A stretch of DNA of 37,537 nt from a virus (Duplodnaviria > Caudoviricetes). Positions within the stretch are counted from its first letter, which is position 1, and every line of letters begins with the position of its first letter. Location of the stretch: positions 1-37,537 of the IMG/VR virus record IMGVR_UViG_3300036793_000056, one strand, 5' to 3'. Below, piece by piece: positions 23,906-37,537 of this stretch. A program made the translations under genes and the position numbers. The notes beneath the pieces are model-generated. The model worked only from the letters and a program-made list of their open reading frames with translations, did no database searches and was not told the DNA's origin.

Positions 23906-24338
23906 GGCTCACGCCCACGCTGAGTTCCACGTAGACGAGGCGGCGCTGAGCGGGGCGATACTGCCGATCTTGACCCGCAAGGGCAACAGCCTGGTGCGGC
24001 GCACAGCCAATCAAGCCAGGGCTGACGTGCCAGTGCGCACCGGCAACATGGGTCGCACCATCGGTGAAGACCCCGTGCGACCGACTGGGCCATTCAGTGT
24101 CAGCGGTGGTGTGCACGCCGGTGGCCGCCAAGCGCCCTACACGATCCCGGTACATGAGGGGTCACGCCCGCACAAGATTCGCGCCAGGCGCGCACCGATG
24201 CTGCGGTTTTTCTGGGAGCGCGTCGGCCGTAACGTCGCGTTCCGGTCGGTCAATCACCCCGGCGTCGCGGCGCGACCGTTCCTGCGCAACGCGGCGATCC
24301 GCACAGTGGCGACCGATCCTGACGTCAAGATCGGCTGA
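23898..24338 (+). CDS. Neck / tail completion protein (HK97 gp10-like)
   Basis: VPVRTG.M.R.I, VHEG.RPH.I, V.HPG...RPFL. Start moved to ATG 23898. Confidence 0.75.
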   Translation: MAEAHAHAEFHVDEAALSGAILPILTRKGNSLVRRTANQARADVPVRTGNMGRTIGEDPVRPTGPFSVSGGVHAGGRQAPYTIPVHEGSRPHKIRARRAPMLRFFWERVGRNVAFRSVNHPGVAARPFLRNAAIRTVATDPDVKIG

Positions 24339-24356
24339 TCAACGTCGGCGCGGTGG

Positions 24357-24362
24357 TATTGT
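24357..24362 (+). promoter_or_regulatory. -10 box TATTGT upstream of the tail chaperone
   Basis: Intergenic, same GG-TATTGT-CG context as 9692. Confidence 0.45.
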
Positions 24363-24394
24363 CGCGCCGGATAACTCCTGATGAAGGGCCTCAA

Positions 24395-25036
24395 ATGACA
24401 CAACCAAGCGGGTCAGTCCCGTTGACCGATGACCAGGTGTTCGGCCAGCAGCAGCCACGCCCCGTCGAAGACCTGGTAGCTGAGTCGCAGGGCCAGGCCA
24501 ACAACGCGCCGATCGTGCAGCTCGACGCTGAGGTCGCCAGTGCGCCGTCGCTTGACCCGGTGCCCAGCGCGCCGCCGCCAGCGCCGACCCCGCCCGCGCC
24601 GCCGGTCGCCGACCCGACGCCCGCGCCGGTCGACCCTGAGCCAGAGGTCATCCCGGCTGAGCAGCCGACGACCACGGCGGGTGTCGACTGGTCGCAGAGC
24701 GAAATTCAACCGGGCACTGAGCTGGCGGTGCCCTCCAACGTCGAGATGGAAGTCTGGACCAACGACGAGCCGTGGGAGCACGAGACGATCGAGTTTCGTG
24801 GCGACACGCTCAACGTGCGTCGGCCCACCGACCAGGCGTTGGCGGGGTTGTCACTGAGCAGCAGCAAGTACGTCAAGATGACGACCCGCAACGACATTAC
24901 GGGCCTGTTTATCGCGCGCCACCTGTCGCCGCAGAGCTACGATCGCGTGTTCGCCAGGCTGATGGACCCCGACGACACCGGCTACACCGTCGAGACGATC
25001 GGCGAACTTATGGGCGAGATAGTCGGTAATCGCTAG
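24395..25036 (+). CDS. Tail assembly chaperone with Pro-rich N-terminal extension
   Basis: Directly before the tape measure. W.H...EF.GD.L.VR.PT.QAL...HLSP.SY.RVF.RLMDPDD. Confidence 0.75.
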   Translation: MTQPSGSVPLTDDQVFGQQQPRPVEDLVAESQGQANNAPIVQLDAEVASAPSLDPVPSAPPPAPTPPAPPVADPTPAPVDPEPEVIPAEQPTTTAGVDWSQSEIQPGTELAVPSNVEMEVWTNDEPWEHETIEFRGDTLNVRRPTDQALAGLSLSSSKYVKMTTRNDITGLFIARHLSPQSYDRVFARLMDPDDTGYTVETIGELMGEIVGNR

Positions 25037-25060
25037 GCCAATAACGGCAGCTCTCTGCGT

Positions 25061-32773
<7,713 letters not shown>

Positions 32774-32780
32774 GAGGGCC

Positions 32781-34220
32781 ATGCCTTTTCGCGGGTACTT
32801 CGCCCTCAACGGCGTGGAAATTTCCAACAGCAGCCGTGTCGTCGCTCACCTGACCAAAGACGTGCCGACTGATGACTCAGTGTTCGGTCTGGCGGCCGGT
32901 GGCGATTGCAGCCAGACGCCCAACCCCGACGACCCCGGCCTGGGCCTGCTGCCGCCCAGTGAGGTCGATCTGGGTAACGGCCTGGGCACCGTCGCCAACG
33001 GCACCCGGCTCTATGACCCCGGCCTGGGCATCGTCGGCGACTGCTGGCAGCCGTCGGCGTTTTGCGGCTGCCGCGACCAGATTCAGTACGACGACAGCTG
33101 GCCCGGCTTGCAGGACTACATCGGCGACTCGCCGTACCGGGTAGAGCTGGCCCCCTGGTACAACAGCCGACTGCCGCAGAGCGGTGAGTTCGGCGGTATC
33201 TGGGTGATGGACGCCAAGGGATTCGGCCCGCTGACCGTCAACCGGGCCGTCACTGAAAACATCGGCAGCGGGGCCAGCGCCGGGCCTAACCGCGACACGT
33301 CACGCAAGCTGACGTTTGACGCGCTGCTGCTGGCCTGCACCAACGCCGGGCTTGAGTACGGCCTGCAATGGCTGGCGTGTGAGCTGCGCTCGACCATCGG
33401 CCGGGCCGACTCAGTGCTGATGTATTTCACCGCGCATCCGCAAGACACAGCCGCCAACGCCAACACGCTGGTGCGCGAGCTGCACGGCGTCGTGATGACG
33501 GGCTCGCCGACGATCACCGCCCAGAGTCAGGCTGGTAAAAAGCCCTGGCGTCAGGCTGACCTTTACCGGGTCAGCTGGGAGCTGACCGTGCTCAATCCCT
33601 ACGTGTTTTTGCCGGTCATCGACCTGGGCACCGTCAGCTGGAAGACCATTGCCGTCGAGCCGATCACCTGGGCGCACGCCCCGATGTGCGCGACGCCGCC
33701 CAGCTGCGACCCGATGCCGGTGCTATTCAGCGACACCTGCCCACCTGAGACGATCAACGTCGGCACCAATACGCCGCCGCCGGTGTGCGGCGGCTGTCTG
33801 CCGGTTTGCGCGATCGACCGCTACACCTACGCGATCCCGTCGCTCAGCGAGTACCCGGCGCAGTGCTCAGACACGGCGGCGACGGTGACCATCACCAACA
33901 ACAGCACCACCGAGTCGCTGACCGTGCAGGGCTACTGGAAGCTGTGCAACGTCGCTGAGGCGTGTGACGACGATCAGTACCCGGTGCAGATCAACGGGCT
34001 GCCCGCCCAGAGTTCGATCACCCTTGACGCCGTGAGCGGCCAATTTTGGGCCACCGTGGGCGACCACCAATACGTCGCTATGGGCATCGTGTCGACGCCC
34101 AACGGCGCGCCGTGGGTGCCACCCATCATCGACCGCACCATGTGCTGGGAGTTCGTCATAGTTGCGCCTGAGGCAGTCAACTTTAGCGTCGACATTGCGC
34201 TGGCCGATCGGGAGGCGTAA
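32781..34220 (+). CDS. Minor tail protein (distal tail-like, Cys-rich)
   Basis: GGAGG SD. First gene after the tape measure. FRGYF.LNG.EI.NSSR motif. Confidence 0.85.
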   Translation: MPFRGYFALNGVEISNSSRVVAHLTKDVPTDDSVFGLAAGGDCSQTPNPDDPGLGLLPPSEVDLGNGLGTVANGTRLYDPGLGIVGDCWQPSAFCGCRDQIQYDDSWPGLQDYIGDSPYRVELAPWYNSRLPQSGEFGGIWVMDAKGFGPLTVNRAVTENIGSGASAGPNRDTSRKLTFDALLLACTNAGLEYGLQWLACELRSTIGRADSVLMYFTAHPQDTAANANTLVRELHGVVMTGSPTITAQSQAGKKPWRQADLYRVSWELTVLNPYVFLPVIDLGTVSWKTIAVEPITWAHAPMCATPPSCDPMPVLFSDTCPPETINVGTNTPPPVCGGCLPVCAIDRYTYAIPSLSEYPAQCSDTAATVTITNNSTTESLTVQGYWKLCNVAEACDDDQYPVQINGLPAQSSITLDAVSGQFWATVGDHQYVAMGIVSTPNGAPWVPPIIDRTMCWEFVIVAPEAVNFSVDIALADREA

Positions 34221-35302
34221 TGCCGATCATCGAGCCTGACCAGATCGTGTCGGTGCACTCAGTCAAGGGCGTGCTGATGTACCAGTTCCGCGCTGAGCAG
34301 CAGACCCAGCTGCAATGGGGCCGCACGCTGCGCGACGTCAGCAAGGCCACCTTGACGGCTGGGCCGATGCTGGTCAGTGGCAAGATTCCCGATATCTACC
34401 CGTGGGCGCATTGGATGAGTGTCTGGTCGCCCGACGCCAAAAACCTGTACTGGACCGGCCCGATTCAACGATTCGTCGCCAACCGCTTCGGCACAGAGAT
34501 TGACGCCGCTGACCCGGCCGCCTACCTGGGCCGCACGCGGGTGCCCATCACCAAGTCGTGGGACGGCGTTGACCCGTGCATCCCGATGAACGAAATGTGG
34601 CGGGCACTGTGCGATCACCACGGCCTCACCGCCTACCCGATCATGCGCCGCGACCCGTGGATCGACCTGTTCACGCTCGACGTCACCACCGACTCAGAGA
34701 CGATGGACAAGACGATCAAAACCTACGAGGGCTACGGCCTGCGGTGGACGGTCATTGCCGGTGTGCCCATCATCGGCCCGATGCCGTTAGAGCCGATCGC
34801 CAGCCTGGGTGAGCAGCATTTTTTGGGCGACGGGTTGCAACTGGTGCGCGACGGCACCAACACCTACAACGACATTCTGCTCAAAGGCCCTGACGACCTG
34901 GCGCGGGCGCGCGTCGACCTGGGCGCGGGTGTCAACCTGCAAACCATCGTCACGGTCAACGACATGTTTGGCGTGTCAAACGTGCAGCGTGCGACCAGTC
35001 AGTACGTGCGCCAGGTCGGCATGATCAAGACTGATATCGACGTGCCCAACAGTGCGGCCCTGCACCCCGACGCGCCGGTGGCGCTCGACCACCTGGTGCC
35101 GTCGGCGCGGTTTGCGATTGAGGCATACGGCGTGCGGTTGCGCATGGAACTTGAGACGATCCAAGTCACGGCCACCGGCAATAACGTGCAGGTCGTGCCC
35201 ACATTCAATGAGGTACCCAACTGGACTGAGCTGGGCAAGCTGCAACAGAACGGCGGCCAGCTGTCGATGCAGGCGGGTGTCCATGAGGTCACGAGCCCGT
35301 GA
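34220..35302 (+). CDS. Minor tail protein (baseplate hub-like)
   Basis: TAATG overlap and synteny. Confidence 0.8.
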   Translation: MPIIEPDQIVSVHSVKGVLMYQFRAEQQTQLQWGRTLRDVSKATLTAGPMLVSGKIPDIYPWAHWMSVWSPDAKNLYWTGPIQRFVANRFGTEIDAADPAAYLGRTRVPITKSWDGVDPCIPMNEMWRALCDHHGLTAYPIMRRDPWIDLFTLDVTTDSETMDKTIKTYEGYGLRWTVIAGVPIIGPMPLEPIASLGEQHFLGDGLQLVRDGTNTYNDILLKGPDDLARARVDLGAGVNLQTIVTVNDMFGVSNVQRATSQYVRQVGMIKTDIDVPNSAALHPDAPVALDHLVPSARFAIEAYGVRLRMELETIQVTATGNNVQVVPTFNEVPNWTELGKLQQNGGQLSMQAGVHEVTSP

Positions 35303-35961
35303 GCGGCGTCCTGGCGGGCAAGATGCCGCGCACCGACGAGCAGTGGGCGCGCGATGTGCAGCAGCGTCTCGACCAGCTTGAGCACCCAAAGACGCAGCGC
35401 GTAGCTGACTGGGTGTTCTCCCAAGACACGACCGGCGCATTGCAGGCGACCAAGCCGGGCGCGGGGTCGGTCATCATCGACAGTGACGGCAACCTGATCA
35501 GTGCGGCGATCAGTGCAGGAGCTGTGCCGGTCACCGTCACACAGCCCTTGACCTGGCAGGCCATCTGGAACCTGTTCACCGGCAGCGCGACCAGCACCAG
35601 CACGTCAAGCTCACCGGCCAGTGAGTGGATCGCTGAGATACAGGCGTGGCTCACCGCTCAGTGGAACAAATTCCTGACGCCTGATTCGACGCAGATCACC
35701 GACCTGCAAACGGCACTTGATCAGCTGGGCCAGATTTACAACAACGAGGTCGTCGTCCCGATCACTGAGGCGGTGAGCCAGGCGCAGGCCGGGTGGAACA
35801 GTCTGCTGTTCAAGGTCGGCCTGGTGCAGTCCAATGGGTCAAACTTGGTTCTCGACCCAAGTTTCACAACGCCGACATTGTGGGCAGGCGAAGCCGGGTC
35901 GCAAACGTCGGCACAAGCACACAGCGGGATATATTGCTGGCAACTAGAAGGGCAGGGATAA
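35299..35961 (+). CDS. Minor tail protein ending in the N-terminal half of a CBM-like domain
   Basis: PRTD.QWAR.V..RL..LE N-terminus. Ends NLVLDPSF...W...AHSG...W.L.G.G-stop. Confidence 0.8.
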   Translation: MSGVLAGKMPRTDEQWARDVQQRLDQLEHPKTQRVADWVFSQDTTGALQATKPGAGSVIIDSDGNLISAAISAGAVPVTVTQPLTWQAIWNLFTGSATSTSTSSSPASEWIAEIQAWLTAQWNKFLTPDSTQITDLQTALDQLGQIYNNEVVVPITEAVSQAQAGWNSLLFKVGLVQSNGSNLVLDPSFTTPTLWAGEAGSQTSAQAHSGIYCWQLEGQG

Positions 35962-35965
35962 CGCC

Positions 35966-37219
35966 GTGGCCGTAGTGACCATGCACCTGATCAATAACGA
36001 CGTCGGTGCCCAGACCCTCAAGACACGGCCCGGTGATGTGTTCACCCTTGGGGCTTACGTCTTCCCCAAGACGGGCAACACCGGCGGCGGCACGCTCAAG
36101 CTGGTGCTGCACTGCACCAGCACCGTCGCCAGTCCACCGGCCCCGGTCGACGTGGTGGTGGCGACTGAGACGGTGCCCGCCACCGGGTCGTGGACCAACT
36201 TCACCGGCACCGGCATCATCCCGGCGGGCTACGACACGGTGGACCCACAGCTGACCCTGACCAGCGTGCCGGTCACCGACACCATCTACGTTGACGATCT
36301 GCTATGCCGTGAAACAACGGCCGCGCAAAACGTCCTTGACCAGCTCTATCAGTCGATCACCGGCACCGGCACTGCCAATAACAGCCTCGCCACACTGGGC
36401 ACGCAGGTCGCCAACTGGATAAACAAGCTGTTCGGCACGACCTCGGTGCAGAACACAATCCAGACCCCGGCCGTGCCGTCGCTCGACGCCAGCAAGATCA
36501 CCACGGGTACCTTTGCCCAGACGTTCGTGTCGGGCCTGACTAGCCTCTGGAACAGTTGGTTCGGTACCACGACCCCGACCGGCGCATCGGTGTTGAACGC
36601 CGCCAACGTGGCCAACCTTGACGCCAGCAAGATCACCACGGGTACCTTTGCTCAGAGTTTCGTGTCGGGTCTGCAATCGCTGTGGACGAGCTGGTTCGGT
36701 ACCGCGACGCCGACCGGGGCGTCGTTGCTGAATGCCGCCAACGTCGCCTCGTTGGACGCCAGCAAGATCACCACGGGTACGTTTGCCCAGAGTTTCGTCA
36801 GCGGCCTGCAATCGTTGTGGAACAGCTGGTTTGGCACGACTACGCCGACCGGCGCATCGTTGCTGAATGCGGCCAACGTCGCCTCGCTTGACGCCAGCAA
36901 GATCACCACCGGCACGTTTGCCCAGACGTTCATCACCGGCCTGACGACACTGTGGACAGGGTGGTTTGGCACGGCCACGCCGACCGGCTCGACGCAGCTT
37001 TTGCCCGCCACGGTGCCCAGCTTGGACGGTTCTAAGATCACCACGGGTAATCTGTCCTCGGCCCTCATTCCCGCCTTACTCGGACTTAGCACCGCGCCGA
37101 ACATGGTGCTTGCCCCTGACTTTGAATCCACGACATTATGGGCGGGAGCTACCGGCTCACAGAGCGCACTGCAAGCGCACTCTGGCACACATTCCTGGGC
37201 ACTGGTTGGTGCGGGATAA
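35966..37219 (+). CDS. Tail fibre-like minor tail protein: C-terminal half of a CBM-like domain, 45-aa repeats, then another N-terminal half
   Basis: Starts AVVTMHL...TRPGDVFTLGAYV...W....G...IPAGYD...IYVDD. LDASKITTGT repeats. Ends NMVLAPDF...AHSG..SW.L.G.G-stop. Confidence 0.85.
   Translation: MAVVTMHLINNDVGAQTLKTRPGDVFTLGAYVFPKTGNTGGGTLKLVLHCTSTVASPPAPVDVVVATETVPATGSWTNFTGTGIIPAGYDTVDPQLTLTSVPVTDTIYVDDLLCRETTAAQNVLDQLYQSITGTGTANNSLATLGTQVANWINKLFGTTSVQNTIQTPAVPSLDASKITTGTFAQTFVSGLTSLWNSWFGTTTPTGASVLNAANVANLDASKITTGTFAQSFVSGLQSLWTSWFGTATPTGASLLNAANVASLDASKITTGTFAQSFVSGLQSLWNSWFGTTTPTGASLLNAANVASLDASKITTGTFAQTFITGLTTLWTGWFGTATPTGSTQLLPATVPSLDGSKITTGNLSSALIPALLGLSTAPNMVLAPDFESTTLWAGATGSQSALQAHSGTHSWALVGAG
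36479..37050 (+). repeat. 135-bp (45-aa) in-frame tandem repeat, four full copies plus a partial fifth
   Basis: The Asp codon of LD(A/G)SKITTG recurs at 36485, 36620, 36755, 36890 and 37025. Confidence 0.95.
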
Positions 37220-37240
37220 CAGATAAGGGAGAATGGAAAA

Positions 37241-37498
37241 TTGAGCGAAATCTTCGTCTCGCCCGATCGCAAGTCGGTAGCGATCAAGACCGGCGACCCT
37301 CGCCCCGCGTTTGCTTACGGGGTAATGACCAGCGACAACGGCGGTCATCACTCGGCTGCTGAAGCCCTCGCAGGCTGGGCACCGCTTGACGTGCCCGCCC
37401 CTGAGCCTGAGCCGCAGTGCCGGGTGCTGTCGCGTCGCCAACCGGGTTTGAGCCCGCCAACCCCGAATTGGATTCTGCTCACTAGAGCGACCAGCTAG
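37241..37498 (+). CDS. Hypothetical protein, 85 aa
   Basis: TTG start with GGGAG upstream. SPD..SVAIKT...Y.VMT..NGGH motif. Confidence 0.6.
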   Translation: MSEIFVSPDRKSVAIKTGDPRPAFAYGVMTSDNGGHHSAAEALAGWAPLDVPAPEPEPQCRVLSRRQPGLSPPTPNWILLTRATS

Positions 37499-37537
37499 AG
37501 CGGTGTTTGGGCGTGCCTGCGTGGATCGCGGGCACGC

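Noticed and set aside
35959-35965. Pseudogene or sequencing frameshift between the two minor tail ORFs
   Set aside because: The paralogous segment at the end of the second gene stops at the identical residue with the same GGA-TAA, so a one-off error is unlikely. Raw reads would be needed to exclude it fully.
36479-37050. CRISPR array
   Set aside because: The units are contiguous, in-frame coding repeats with no unique spacers.
35842-37219. Diversity-generating retroelement TR/VR pair
   Set aside because: Differences between the two gene ends are not adenine-specific, both copies are coding, and no reverse transcriptase is in the window.

Overview
This is a 37.5 kb piece of a GC-rich actinobacteriophage with the gene content and order of a cluster B-type mycobacteriophage. 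That assignment comes from motif and synteny recall, not a database search. Bases 1-3230 are the end of a leftward run of small, translationally coupled genes (DUF732-like secreted protein, lipoprotein, Cys-rich proteins) driven by SigA-like promoters. The rightward arm starts at 3346 with a ParB-like gene, a secreted PE-PPE-type serine hydrolase, a TET/JBP-like 2OG-Fe(II) dioxygenase and a P-loop kinase. It continues with terminase, a reverse-strand RuvC, portal, MuF/protease fusion, two capsid proteins, holin/membrane genes, major tail, head-tail joining genes, tail chaperone, a 2566-aa tape measure with Rpf-like and C39-like domains, and minor tail proteins. The most unusual signals are: (1) two consecutive tail genes that end with the same half of a carbohydrate-binding-like domain while the second begins with the other half, suggesting chain-forming split-domain complementation or recoding; (2) eight TANNNT-N6/7-start leaderless promoter candidates, including four TAACCTG-N5-start copies; (3) the DNA-modification-like cassette beside the terminase; (4) a strong internal in-frame start in the MuF-protease gene; (5) one decoration domain shared by three virion proteins.
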